NCBI GenBank assembly: GCA_947474705.1
Contig: CANJJS010000013.1
Location: 508-64,507 of the forward strand
Length of the DNA stretch: 64,000 nucleotides
Direction of reading: 5' to 3'
Source: Acetobacteraceae bacterium
Lineage (GTDB): Bacteria; Pseudomonadota; Alphaproteobacteria; Acetobacterales; Acetobacteraceae
The first letter of the stretch is position 1; each line of letters opens with the position of its first letter. The notes beneath the pieces were generated by a model. That model searched no databases. It saw only the letters and a list, made by a program, of their open reading frames with translations, and was not told the origin of the DNA. Of this stretch, positions 47,277 through 56,652 are shown piece after piece. The position numbers were made by a program, and so were the translations under genes.

Positions 47277-48193
47277 TCAGAGTCGCCGTCCTCCACGGAG
47301 GCATGTCCAACGAACGCGAGGTCAGCCTCTCCTCGGGACGTCAGGTCGCCATCGCCCTGCGCGAGGCCGGGTTCGCCGTCGACCTCATCGACGTCACCGC
47401 CGACCTGCCCGCGCTCCTCGCCGCGCTGACCCCCAAACCCGACGCCGTCTTCAACGCCCTGCACGGCCAGTTCGGCGAGGACGGCGCGATCCAGGGCATC
47501 CTCGACTGGCTGGGCATTCCCTACACGCACTCCGGCGTCCGGGCGTCCTCCGTCGCCATGAACAAGGAAGCCGCCAAGGCGATCTTCGCCGCCGCCGGCC
47601 TGCCGGTGGCCAAGGGCGCGGTCATCCCCATCGAGACCCTGGCCGCGGGCGACCCGATCCCGCTCCCCTACGTGGTCAAGCCGCTGAACGAGGGCTCGTC
47701 CGTCGGCGTGTCCATTGTCCGCCACGGCGACAACCGCCGCGCCGAGGTCGTCCAGGCCTGGCGTTACGGACCCACCGCCATGGTCGAGGAATTCATCCCG
47801 GGACGCGAACTGACCGTGGGCGTCATGGGCGACCGCGCCCTGGCCGTCACCGACATTATCGCCGAGGCGGGTGTTTTCTACGATTACGAATCGAAATACG
47901 GCGACGGCGGATCCCGCCACATCGTGCCCGCCGCGATCCACCCGGATGTTTACGCTCAGGCAATGGACGTGGCGCTGAAGGCGCACAAGGCGCTGGGGTG
48001 CCGCGGCGCCAGCCGTTGCGATTTTCGTTACGACGACACGAACGGCGAGCCGGGGCGCCTGGTCCTGCTGGAACTCAACACCCAGCCCGGCCTGACCCCA
48101 ACCTCGCTGCTGCCGGAACAGGCGGCGCACATGGGGATCGGGTTCGCCGAACTTTGCGCCTGGATGGTGGAGAACGCGGCATGCCGGCAATGA
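47273..48193 (+). CDS. ddl: D-alanine--D-alanine ligase
   Basis: Internal ATG ([22 protein letters not shown]). HGQFGEDGAIQGILD, VKPLNEGSSVGV, LLELNTQPGLTPTSL. Confidence 0.95.
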   Translation: MIRVAVLHGGMSNEREVSLSSGRQVAIALREAGFAVDLIDVTADLPALLAALTPKPDAVFNALHGQFGEDGAIQGILDWLGIPYTHSGVRASSVAMNKEAAKAIFAAAGLPVAKGAVIPIETLAAGDPIPLPYVVKPLNEGSSVGVSIVRHGDNRRAEVVQAWRYGPTAMVEEFIPGRELTVGVMGDRALAVTDIIAEAGVFYDYESKYGDGGSRHIVPAAIHPDVYAQAMDVALKAHKALGCRGASRCDFRYDDTNGEPGRLVLLELNTQPGLTPTSLLPEQAAHMGIGFAELCAWMVENAACRQ

Positions 48194-48239
48194 TCCCCAC
48201 GACCGTGCCGCCAAAAACCTTTGGGGGAGCGCTCTGACC

Positions 48240-49109
48240 ATGGCCCGCGCCCGCACATCCGTGAACGACCGTCCGCCGAAATGGAAACTCTTCCTTCGCC
48301 GCCAGCGCTGGACACTCCGCCCCATCGCCTGGGGGTGCGCCGGCCTCGTCGCCTTCGCCGCCGGCTCCGTCCTGCTGAAAAACGCCCAGCCCGGCAGCAC
48401 CATCGCCGCCGCGCGCGAGTGGATCGGCGAAATGACCGCCGACGCCGGTATGCGAGTCAACGACATCGTCATCGAAGGCCGCGCCAACACCCCCGAACCC
48501 ATCCTCCTCCTCGCCCTGGGCGTCCGCAAAGGCGACCCCATCGTCGGCTTCTCCCTCGAACGCGCCCGCGCCGAAATCGAGCGCCTGACATGGGTGGCCC
48601 ATGCCACCGTCGAACGCCGCCTGCCCGGCACCATCGTCGTCGTCCTGTGGGAACGCCGCCCCTTCGCCGTCTGGCAAAACCAAGGCAAATACGTCCTGAT
48701 CGACCGCGACGGCCAATCCGTGGCGGACGAGGAAGTCGCGAAATTCCGCCACCTTCCGTTGATCGTCGGACCCGGCGCCAACGAAGGCGCCCGCGCGCTG
48801 CTCGACCTGCTGACCGAACGCCCCGCCATCCAGGCCCGCGTCGTCGCCGCCATGCGTATCAGCGAACGCCGCTGGAACCTGCGCATGAAAAACGGCACCG
48901 ACATCTTGCTGCCGGAAGGCCACGAGAAAGAAGCCCTCGACCGGCTTCTTACCCTGCAACAGGACACCGCCCTGCTCGACCGGCCCCTCGCCGCGATCGA
49001 CATGCGCCTCGCCGACAAGCTGGTGCTGCGCCCCCGCCCGGCCGCCACCGACAAACAAACCCCGCCAACCGGGCCTGGCCCCGGCCCGGCGCCAAACAAA
49101 CCCGTTTAA
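48240..49109 (+). CDS. ftsQ: Cell division protein FtsQ
   Basis: TM (WGCAGLVAFAAGSVLL) followed by a POTRA-like region (VNDIVIEGRANT...VERRLPGTIVVVLWERRPFAVW). Position between ddl and ftsA. Confidence 0.9.
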   Translation: MARARTSVNDRPPKWKLFLRRQRWTLRPIAWGCAGLVAFAAGSVLLKNAQPGSTIAAAREWIGEMTADAGMRVNDIVIEGRANTPEPILLLALGVRKGDPIVGFSLERARAEIERLTWVAHATVERRLPGTIVVVLWERRPFAVWQNQGKYVLIDRDGQSVADEEVAKFRHLPLIVGPGANEGARALLDLLTERPAIQARVVAAMRISERRWNLRMKNGTDILLPEGHEKEALDRLLTLQQDTALLDRPLAAIDMRLADKLVLRPRPAATDKQTPPTGPGPGPAPNKPV

Positions 49110-49122
49110 GGAGCGCGCAGCC

Positions 49123-50433
49123 ATGAACGACATGCCGCATCGCGTTTTGGGCCACGACACCGGACCGCCCGAACCCGACCGCTCCCGCCCGCACCGTTCC
49201 GGCACCTTCGGCGTGCTGGACATCGGCACGACCAAAATCGCCTGCCTGATCGCCCGCGTCGATAGCGACGGCGAAATCCGCGTCCTCGGCTGCGACTGGC
49301 GCCAGGGCCTGGGCATCCGCGGCGGCAGCATCGTCGACCTGGAAAAAGCCGAGCGCGCGATCCGCGCCTGCGTCGGCCAGGCCGAGAACATGGCCGACAC
49401 CCGCCTGCGCGCCGTCACCGTCAACCTGACCTGCGGACAACCCGACTCCCGCATCTACAACGTGAAATGGTCGCTCGACGCCCCCGCCGAGGGACGGCCC
49501 GTCACCGATCGCGACGTCCACGAGGTGCTGCGCGAGGGCCGCGAACTCGCCCGCCTCGAAGGCCGCGAACCCGTCCACGTGATGCCGCTGCACTTCTCGC
49601 TCGACAACACCGATCACGTCGCCGACCCCCGCGGCCTTTACTGCTCGCTGTTGGAAGCGCGGCTGCACCGGATCGACGTCTCCTCCTCCGCGCTGCGATC
49701 CCTGGAAGCCTGCCTGCAACGTTGCGACCTGGAAATAGAGGCGATTGTTTCGGCGCCGATGGCCGCCGGCCTCTCCACCCTGGTCGACGACGAGCGCGAA
49801 ATCGGCGCCACCGTCATCGACATGGGCGGCGGCACCACCAATGTCGCCTCGTTCTTCGAAAGCCAGTTAATCCACACCGCGCAGGTCCGCATGGGCGGGC
49901 TGCACGTCACCTCCGACCTCGCCAAGGGCCTGTCGACTCCCCTGGCGCACGCCGAGCGGCTGAAAACCCTGTGGGGCAACGTCGACACCAGCCCCGACGA
50001 CGACCGCGACATGCTGCCCGTGCCGCGGGTGGGGGAGGCGGACCATCACCTCGCGAAAGTCCCGCGTTCCATGGTCGTCAACATCATCCGTCCGCGGATC
50101 GAGGAAACCTTCGAGCAAATCCGCGACAAACTGGCCGAATCCGGACTTTCGCAAGCCACCGGAAACCGCATCGTTCTGACCGGCGGCGCCTGCCAGTTGC
50201 CGGGTCTGCCGCACCTCGCCTCGCGCATTCTCGGCCACGACGTCCGGGTCGGACGGCCCATGCCGATGCGCGGCATGCCCGAAATCTTCACCGGTCCCGC
50301 CTTCGCCACCGTCACCGGCCTGCTTATCTGGGCCGCCGGCGAAGGCGGAACCTTCCAGGACGCCGAGGCCGCGCGCATGGGCCGCGCCGGCTGGTTCCAG
50401 AGAATCGTCAACTTCATCAGAGATCGCGTCTGA
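49123..50433 (+). CDS. ftsA: Cell division protein FtsA
   Basis: Actin-fold motifs VLDIGTTKIACLIA, VIDMGGGTTNVA, IVLTGGACQLPG. AAGGAG RBS. Confidence 0.95.
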   Translation: MNDMPHRVLGHDTGPPEPDRSRPHRSGTFGVLDIGTTKIACLIARVDSDGEIRVLGCDWRQGLGIRGGSIVDLEKAERAIRACVGQAENMADTRLRAVTVNLTCGQPDSRIYNVKWSLDAPAEGRPVTDRDVHEVLREGRELARLEGREPVHVMPLHFSLDNTDHVADPRGLYCSLLEARLHRIDVSSSALRSLEACLQRCDLEIEAIVSAPMAAGLSTLVDDEREIGATVIDMGGGTTNVASFFESQLIHTAQVRMGGLHVTSDLAKGLSTPLAHAERLKTLWGNVDTSPDDDRDMLPVPRVGEADHHLAKVPRSMVVNIIRPRIEETFEQIRDKLAESGLSQATGNRIVLTGGACQLPGLPHLASRILGHDVRVGRPMPMRGMPEIFTGPAFATVTGLLIWAAGEGGTFQDAEAARMGRAGWFQRIVNFIRDRV

Positions 50434-50509
50434 TGGGCTGTAGCGAATCCGTTTCACTGTCCTACAAGTACGACGACCGTCGTCCCGTCACCCCGGGGAG
50501 GATCTCCAA

Positions 50510-52147
50510 ATGACACTCAATCTGAACGCGCCGCTGCAAGTCCACCAGGATTTCACCCCCCGCATCACCGTGATCGGTGTTGGCGGCGGCGGCACCAACG
50601 CCGTCGACAACATGATCGCCTCCAATCTGAGGGGCGTGGACTTCGTCGTCGCGAACACCGACGCCCAACAGTTGATGCACAGCAAGGCCGACCGCCGCGT
50701 GCAGCTTGGCCCGCACATCACCCAGGGCCTTGGCGCCGGCGCGAAACCCGACGTCGGCCGCGCGGCGGCGGAAGAAGCGGCGGACGAATTGTATCGCCAC
50801 CTCGACGGCACCCACATGGTGTTCATCACCGCGGGCATGGGCGGCGGCACCGGCACCGGCGCCGCGCCGGTCATCGCCCGCATGGCCAAGGAACGCGGCA
50901 TTCTGACCGTGGGCGTCGTGACCCGCCCCTTCGGCTTCGAAGGCTCCCGCCGCGCCCGCGCCGCCGACGAGGGCATTTTGGAACTGCAACAATACGTCGA
51001 TACGCTGATCGTCATCCCCAATCAGAACCTGTTCAACATCGCTTCCGAGCGCACGACCTGGAAAGAGGCCTTCAAAATGGCCGACCAGGTGCTGTACATG
51101 GGCGTCCGGGGCGTCACCGACCTGATGATGGTGCACGGCCAGATCAACCTCGACTTCGCGGACATCAAGACCGTGATGGCCGAGATGGGCAAAGCCATGA
51201 TGGGCACCGGCGAAGCGGAAGGCGAAGATCGCGCCAAGCGCGCCGCCGAGGCCGCGATCAACAATCCGCTGCTGGAAGAAACCTCCATGGCCGGCGCCCG
51301 CGGCCTGCTGATCAACATCACCGGCGGCGACGATCTGACGCTGTTCGAGGTCGATCAGGCCGTCAGCACCGTGCGCGATCAGGTGGACGAGGAAGCCAAT
51401 GTGCTCTTCGGCTCCGCCACCGATGAATCGCTACAGGGACGCATCCGCGTCTCCGTCGTCGCGACCGGCATCGACCAGGCGCAGCGCGAGCAGGACATGC
51501 CCCGCCCCCGGCTGGTCGCCGTCGCCGGCGGCGCGACCTTCGCCGAGCCGCGGCCGATCCCGTTGCCGGTCCAAAGCGCCTCGCCCATGCAGGCGCAATT
51601 GGTGGAAGCGACCGCGCAGGCCGTCGCCACGCCGATGGGCCAGCTACAACCGGCGTCCAACATCGCCACGCTGCGCCAGCCCGCGGTGGCGCAAACGCAG
51701 GAACGGACGATCATCCGCGATCCGATGCCGCTGATCGACGAACCCCTGGCGGAACCCGCGCCGCGTCCGGCGCTTCAGGCGCAGCCGCTTCCGCCGCCCC
51801 GCCCGAAACCGCCGTCAAGCCTGTTCTCGCAGGCCACACAGGCTCGCGAACCGGCCGCGCCGGTGCCGTCGCAACCCGCGGGCGAGTCCGTCGCGCGGTC
51901 GCTGTTCCAGCAGGCCACGGGCCTGTTCCGCAAACGCGCGACAGCGGTACAAGCCGCGCCGGAACCCCAACACGCGCCGGAGCCCTTGGCACGCCGCCGG
52001 GAGCCGGTGGCCGAACCGATGGCACAGCAATACGCCCGGGAATTGCCGGTCGAAGCCGACCGCGCCGCCGATCGCCGCGCCGGCGTGGCCGACGACAGCG
52101 GGATCGAAATCCCGGCCTTCCTCCGCCGGCAATCCTCCACGTCCTGA
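50510..52147 (+). CDS. ftsZ: Cell division protein FtsZ (long alphaproteobacterial-type linker)
   Basis: [35 protein letters not shown] ~200-aa disordered linker, then the C-terminal peptide [10 protein letters not shown]. Confidence 0.98.
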   Translation: MTLNLNAPLQVHQDFTPRITVIGVGGGGTNAVDNMIASNLRGVDFVVANTDAQQLMHSKADRRVQLGPHITQGLGAGAKPDVGRAAAEEAADELYRHLDGTHMVFITAGMGGGTGTGAAPVIARMAKERGILTVGVVTRPFGFEGSRRARAADEGILELQQYVDTLIVIPNQNLFNIASERTTWKEAFKMADQVLYMGVRGVTDLMMVHGQINLDFADIKTVMAEMGKAMMGTGEAEGEDRAKRAAEAAINNPLLEETSMAGARGLLINITGGDDLTLFEVDQAVSTVRDQVDEEANVLFGSATDESLQGRIRVSVVATGIDQAQREQDMPRPRLVAVAGGATFAEPRPIPLPVQSASPMQAQLVEATAQAVATPMGQLQPASNIATLRQPAVAQTQERTIIRDPMPLIDEPLAEPAPRPALQAQPLPPPRPKPPSSLFSQATQAREPAAPVPSQPAGESVARSLFQQATGLFRKRATAVQAAPEPQHAPEPLARRREPVAEPMAQQYARELPVEADRAADRRAGVADDSGIEIPAFLRRQSSTS

Positions 52148-52179
52148 TCCGCCGTTCCCCCGCCCCGCGTCCACTCCCT

Positions 52180-52257
52180 CTCGTCATGGCCCGGCTTGAC
52201 CGGGCCATCCCCCCTCATCATGGCCCGGCTTGACCGGGCTACCGGGCGCGGCACGGC
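52180..52257. repeat. Two tandem REP-like elements, family 2
   Basis: CTCGTCATGGCCCGGCTTGACCGGGCCATCC (52180-52210) and CTCATCATGGCCCGGCTTGACCGGGCTACCGGGCGCGGCACGG (52214-52256), between the convergent ftsZ and flagellar operon. Confidence 0.6.
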
Positions 52258-52347
52258 GACGGGAGCCTTGGCACCGCCCATGATACCTCGCACCGGGCGG
52301 TCCAGGCGACCGGCACAACCCGGGTCCAATCGTTCCCGACGCCGATC

Positions 52348-52722
52348 CTACGCCCGCGCCGATAGGGCCAAGGGACCCGTCCGCGCCGCCAGCCGCCCGC
52401 CCGCCCCATAGGCCGGAGGGGCACTGGCGCTCGCGATCGCGCCCGCGACGATGCCAATCACCCGTTCCTGCGCGGCCATCGCGCGTCCCAGCAGAACCCG
52501 GTTCTCGCGCGCCAGCCCGTCCAGCCGGGCGGCCTCCGGCGCGACCTCCGCCGGCCAGGGGCCGGTCTCGCTGGCGACCGTCTCGGCGAAGCGGGTCAGC
52601 GCCGCCGTCTTTTCCGCCAGACACGCCGCGGCGGCCGCCAGGTCCATGGCCGCCAGCGCCGCGTTTTCCCGCGCCAGAATATCCGCGAGCCCGGTCACCA
52701 CGGCGATCGACAAAGCCGTCAT
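52348..52722 (-). CDS. Small flagellar-operon protein (FlbY/FlgN-like; hypothetical)
   Basis: 124 aa, Ala/Leu-rich and helical. ATGA overlap with the upstream rod-binding gene. The assignment rests on context only. Confidence 0.45.
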   Translation of the reverse strand: MTALSIAVVTGLADILARENAALAAMDLAAAAACLAEKTAALTRFAETVASETGPWPAEVAPEAARLDGLARENRVLLGRAMAAQERVIGIVAGAIASASAPPAYGAGGRLAARTGPLALSARA

Positions 52723-53069
52723 CGCGACGCCGCCTGCTGCATCCGCAGCATCGCCGCCTGGATCGGCGCGGCCAGCCCCAGACCGCCGGCCGAGGCGATT
52801 TGCTTGCCGATCTCGTCGATCAACATGGGCTTCCAGGTGCGCTCCCCGGCGCCGCCGCCGAACAGGTTCTTCTTCGGCTCCGGCGCGTCGAACATCGGCT
52901 TCAGAAACTCGCCCAGCACCATCGCCTCGAAATCCCGCGCCGCTTTCGCGATCTTCGTGGGATCGGCGGGGACCGAGGGCCGGGCCATCGCGCCCGGCAT
53001 CGGGGCGGCCAAACCGGCATGGGGCATCGGGGTCATGGGCTGGGGCATCGCGGGAAGGGAGGTCATCAT
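52719..53069 (-). CDS. Flagellar rod-binding protein (FlgJ N-terminal domain / CheL-like)
   Basis: Rod-binding motif AARDFEAMVLGEFLKPMF. ATGA overlap with flgI. Confidence 0.8.
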   Translation of the reverse strand: MMTSLPAMPQPMTPMPHAGLAAPMPGAMARPSVPADPTKIAKAARDFEAMVLGEFLKPMFDAPEPKKNLFGGGAGERTWKPMLIDEIGKQIASAGGLGLAAPIQAAMLRMQQAASR

Positions 53070-54178
53070 TTCACCTGCAAATCGGCCTGCAACGCGCCGG
53101 CCGCCTTGATGGACTGGAGGATGGAGATCAAATCGCGCGGCCCGACGCCCAGCGCGTTCAGCGACGCCACCAGGTCGCGCAGCGTCACGCCGCTGTCCAG
53201 CACGCCGAGCTTCTTGTCGCGCCCGTCGTCGATCTGGATTTGCGTGCGCGGCACGACGGCGGTGGTGCCGTTGGAAAGCGGACCGGGCTGACTGACCTGC
53301 GGCGTCTCGGTCACCCGGATCGTCAGATTGCCCTGCGCGATCGCGACGGTGCTGATGCGCACCTTGTCGCCCATGACGATCGTGCCGCTGGCCTCGTCGA
53401 CGATGACGATCGCGGGGCTGTCCGGCTCCACGCGCAAATTCTCGATTTTCGCGAGTGTGTCGATCGGGTCGCGCGCGCCCAGTTCCAACAGCACCGTGCG
53501 CGGATCCAGCGCCTTGGAGATCGGACCCACCGTCTTGTTGATCTCCGCCGCGATCCGCCGCGCCGTGGTCAGGTCCGGGTTGCGCAGCCCCAGACGCAAG
53601 GAAGCGCCGGACTTGTCCAGCCGGAAGGCCACTTCCTTTTCCACCGTCGCGCCGTTGGTGATCCGCCCCGCCGTGGGCACGCCCCGTGTCACCGACGCCG
53701 CCCCGCCCCGCGCGGCGATCGCGCCGGTGGCGATCGCGCCCTGCGCCACCGCGTAAACATCGCCATCCGCCGCCAGCAGCGGCGTCACCAGCAGCGTGCC
53801 GCCGGTCAGATTGGACGCATCCCCCAACGCGGAAACCGACACGTCGATCCGGCTGCCCCCGCGCGAGAACGCCGGCAGTTCCGCCGTCACCATCACCGCC
53901 GCGATGTTCTTCGTGCTGAGTTTACCGACCTGGTCGCGCGTGTTCACGCCCAGACGCTCCAGCATCCCAACCAGCGATTCCCGGGTGAAAATGGCGCTGT
54001 CGAGCTTGTCGCCGGTGCCGTTCAACCCGACAACCAGCCCATAGCCGATTAACTGGTTGGATCGTACCCCCTCGACATCCACGATATCCTTGATCCGCAC
54101 CTGCCCCTGGGCAGCGCCCGCCAGCGCCACGAACAACAGCGACAACAAGATCGGCAGGGCCGGGCGAAATCCGCGCAT
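53066..54178 (-). CDS. flgI: Flagellar basal-body P-ring protein
   Basis: Internal ATG (MRGFRPALPILLSLLFVALAGAAQG signal peptide). VRIKDIVDVEGVRSNQLIGYGLVVGLNGTGD. The track ORF is extended to 54634. Confidence 0.95.
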   Translation of the reverse strand: MRGFRPALPILLSLLFVALAGAAQGQVRIKDIVDVEGVRSNQLIGYGLVVGLNGTGDKLDSAIFTRESLVGMLERLGVNTRDQVGKLSTKNIAAVMVTAELPAFSRGGSRIDVSVSALGDASNLTGGTLLVTPLLAADGDVYAVAQGAIATGAIAARGGAASVTRGVPTAGRITNGATVEKEVAFRLDKSGASLRLGLRNPDLTTARRIAAEINKTVGPISKALDPRTVLLELGARDPIDTLAKIENLRVEPDSPAIVIVDEASGTIVMGDKVRISTVAIAQGNLTIRVTETPQVSQPGPLSNGTTAVVPRTQIQIDDGRDKKLGVLDSGVTLRDLVASLNALGVGPRDLISILQSIKAAGALQADLQVK

Positions 54179-54379
54179 CCAGGTCACGTCACTGTCTTTC
54201 CGGTAAGAACTTCTCAAGGTTTGACGGGTACAAGCGGTGCAACCGGCGCGAAGGGGGATCAGCAAATCCCATGCCAGGCACGAACCCCCGGAATCCCGGC
54301 GGTGGCGGGCCCGAACGCCGGGGAGAATCGTGCCGGGCGGCAAAAACAGCCGGGCGTTGGCGAAGCAAAGGAGAACGGC

Positions 54380-54814
54380 ATGGTCGACGGCGTGAGATCT
54401 GGCGGACCGATCGGAGGCACGGCCCCCACACGGCCCGGCGCGCGCGGCACGGGCGGCGGGTTCTCGGTCGAGACCGGCGCGCGGTCCACCGCCCGCGCCG
54501 GCGGCACCTCCGGCCCGGCGCTGATCGGCATGGACAGCATGCTGGCGTTGCAGGCGGTGGACGAAGGCGAGGAGCGCGACCGGCGCGCGCGCAAACGCGG
54601 CCTGGCGCTGCTGGCGGCCCTGACGGATCTGCAACGAACGATCGTCGTCGCGGACGATCCGGCCCAGACCCTGCGCTCCCTGCGGGCGTTGACGGAGGCA
54701 CGGGAAGAGGAGGCGGCCGATCCCGAACTGGCGGGGATCCTGCGCGCGGTGACGTTGCGCGCCCGCGTGGAACTCGCCCGGCGGGAGGCCGTGGACCGGT
54801 CCAATGTGGCATAA
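54380..54814 (+). CDS. fliX: Class II flagellar assembly regulator FliX
   Basis: Divergent from flgI. AAAGGAG RBS. 144 aa: a Gly/Ala-rich N-terminus, then MDSMLALQAV...ERDRRARKRGLALLAALTDLQ...ILRAVTLRARVELAR. This resembles Caulobacter FliX as I recall it. Confidence 0.7.
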   Translation: MVDGVRSGGPIGGTAPTRPGARGTGGGFSVETGARSTARAGGTSGPALIGMDSMLALQAVDEGEERDRRARKRGLALLAALTDLQRTIVVADDPAQTLRSLRALTEAREEEAADPELAGILRAVTLRARVELARREAVDRSNVA

Positions 54815-54965
54815 ATGCGATGAATTCCGTTACCCCCCTGGCACCCCCTTGGCGCGCGCGGATGGCGTCGCTATAAGCCCGCCCGTCCGGGTCGCGAGAA
54901 CGGCGGGCCGGGAAACCGCCGCTCATCTGTTCGTGGCGGTAACAGAACCAACAGGACCGGCGCCG

Positions 54966-55382
54966 ATGTTGCTGACCTTGCCCCCCGATTACCGGCCTTC
55001 CGAGGACGAGGAGTTCATGTCTCCTCTTCAGGTCGAATATTTCCGGCGTAAACTGCTGCGTTGGCGCGGGGATTTGTTGAGGGAGTCGGACGGGACGCTG
55101 GCCAGCCTGTCGGAAGGCGGGATTCTCGAGCCCGATATCACCGATCGCGCCAGCGTCGAAACCGACCGGGCCCTGGAACTTCGCACCCGCGATCGCGCCC
55201 GCAAGCTGGTTTCGAAGATCGACCAGGCGCTTGGCCGCCTGGAAAGCGGAACCTATGGCTGGTGCGAGGAAACCGGCGAACCCATCGGCATCCGCCGCCT
55301 GGAAGCCCGTCCGATCGCCACGATGTCGATCGAAGCACAGGAACGCCACGAACGCATGGAACGAGTCCACCGCGACGATTGA
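54966..55382 (+). CDS. dksA: RNA polymerase-binding transcription factor DksA (Cys-poor variant)
   Basis: Internal ATG (MLLTLPPDY). [17 protein letters not shown]...[25 protein letters not shown]...[22 protein letters not shown]. Confidence 0.9.
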   Translation: [138 protein letters not shown]

Positions 55383-55413
55383 CGCGATCGACCGGGCGGC
55401 GCACTGCTTCGCC

Positions 55414-56241
55414 ATGCGACCCGTCCCCGCCTCCCATGTGCCCGCCGCGCGCGCGATCTGGCGCGGCGACACGGCGCGAACCGGCGTCCGGGAAATCCCC
55501 GAGGAAACCGCGGTCGCCCTGACCTATGGCCGCGCCACCCACGCCGTCATGATGGCGACCCCCGCCGATCTCCGCGATTTCGCTTTGGGATTCAGCCTTT
55601 CCGAAGGCATCGTCGCCGGACCTGAGGACATCGAGGCCCTGGATATCGTCGTCGTCGCGGACGGGATCGAACTGCGGATGGACCTGGTCCCGGCGCGGCG
55701 GGATGGGTTGACCCGGCGGCAGCGGCGCATCACGGGGCCCGGCGGCTGCGGCCTGTGCGGAATGGACAGCCTCGCGGAGGCGCTGCGGCCCATGCCGGCC
55801 GTCCCCGCGGGGCGGCGGTTTGTCCCGGCGGAAATCGCCGCCGCGCAACGGGCTTTGGCCACCGCGCAACCCCTGAACGATCTGACCCGCGCCGTGCACG
55901 CGGCCGCCTTCTGGACGCCGGAAGACGGCCTGGTCATGGCGCGCGAAGACGTCGGCCGTCACAACGCGCTCGATAAGTTGCTCGGCGCCATGGTCTGGGC
56001 CCATCGGCCCGCCGCTTTGGGCCTGCTCTTGCTCAGCAGCCGGGTTTCGGTGGAAATGGTGCAGAAGGCGGCGGCGCTGGGTGTGCCGGCGATCGTGGCC
56101 GTGTCCGCCCCGACGGCCCTGGCCGCCCGGACCGCGGACGCGGCCGGGATTACATTGATCGGCGTGGCCCGGGACGACTCGTTCGAGGTTTTCACGCATA
56201 CTCATCGGATCGGAACGGAACAGCTTCGCCATGGCGCATGA
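55414..56241 (+). CDS. fdhD: Formate dehydrogenase accessory sulfurtransferase FdhD
   Basis: Internal ATG. ATPADLRDFALGFSLSEGI, active-site loop GPGGCGLCG, EDVGRHNALDKL, SSRVSVEMVQKAA. Confidence 0.9.
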   Translation: MRPVPASHVPAARAIWRGDTARTGVREIPEETAVALTYGRATHAVMMATPADLRDFALGFSLSEGIVAGPEDIEALDIVVVADGIELRMDLVPARRDGLTRRQRRITGPGGCGLCGMDSLAEALRPMPAVPAGRRFVPAEIAAAQRALATAQPLNDLTRAVHAAAFWTPEDGLVMAREDVGRHNALDKLLGAMVWAHRPAALGLLLLSSRVSVEMVQKAAALGVPAIVAVSAPTALAARTADAAGITLIGVARDDSFEVFTHTHRIGTEQLRHGA

Positions 56242-56440
56242 CAAACTGGCCTACATGGCCAACCAGATCGGCAAATTCTTCGCGCATAAGCCGGAAGGCG
56301 AGGCGGTGGCCGCGATCGAGGACCATTTGCGGAAATTCTGGGATCCGCGGATGCGCGGGCAAATCCTGGCGGCGCTTGAGACAGACGCGCTCGATCCGCG
56401 GGTCCGGCGGGCGGTGGAAGGCCTGAAAACCGCGCATTGA
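56231..56440 (+). CDS. fdsD: Formate dehydrogenase delta subunit (FdsD family)
   Basis: 69 aa: KLAYMANQIGKFFAHKPEGEAVAAIEDHLRKFWDPRMR. Overlaps the fdhD 3' end by 11 nt. Confidence 0.75.
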   Translation: MAHDKLAYMANQIGKFFAHKPEGEAVAAIEDHLRKFWDPRMRGQILAALETDALDPRVRRAVEGLKTAH

Positions 56441-56652
56441 CCGCGCGGGCCGGTCTCGTGCCTGGATAAGGCGCGGTTTCGCGGGTGGGCCTCATGGGAT
56501 GCCGCCCAACAATAACAGCCCGGTTTGGGGTACGCGCCGCCGCACTCCGGCATGCGCGTATCGACGGTCCAATTTTGGCGTTCGTTGCTCGCCCGTGGTA
56601 AAATTGTTCTCCTCCTTCGACGGAGGCGCATTTCTTCACGGAGGGTTCTCTC

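Noticed and set aside
54179-54379. Search for a sigma-54 promoter (TGGCAC-N5-TTGC) in the flgI-fliX intergenic region
   Set aside because: GGCAC (in CAGGCACGAAC) and TTGCA (on the minus strand) each occur. Neither has the partner element at the required GG-N10-GC spacing.
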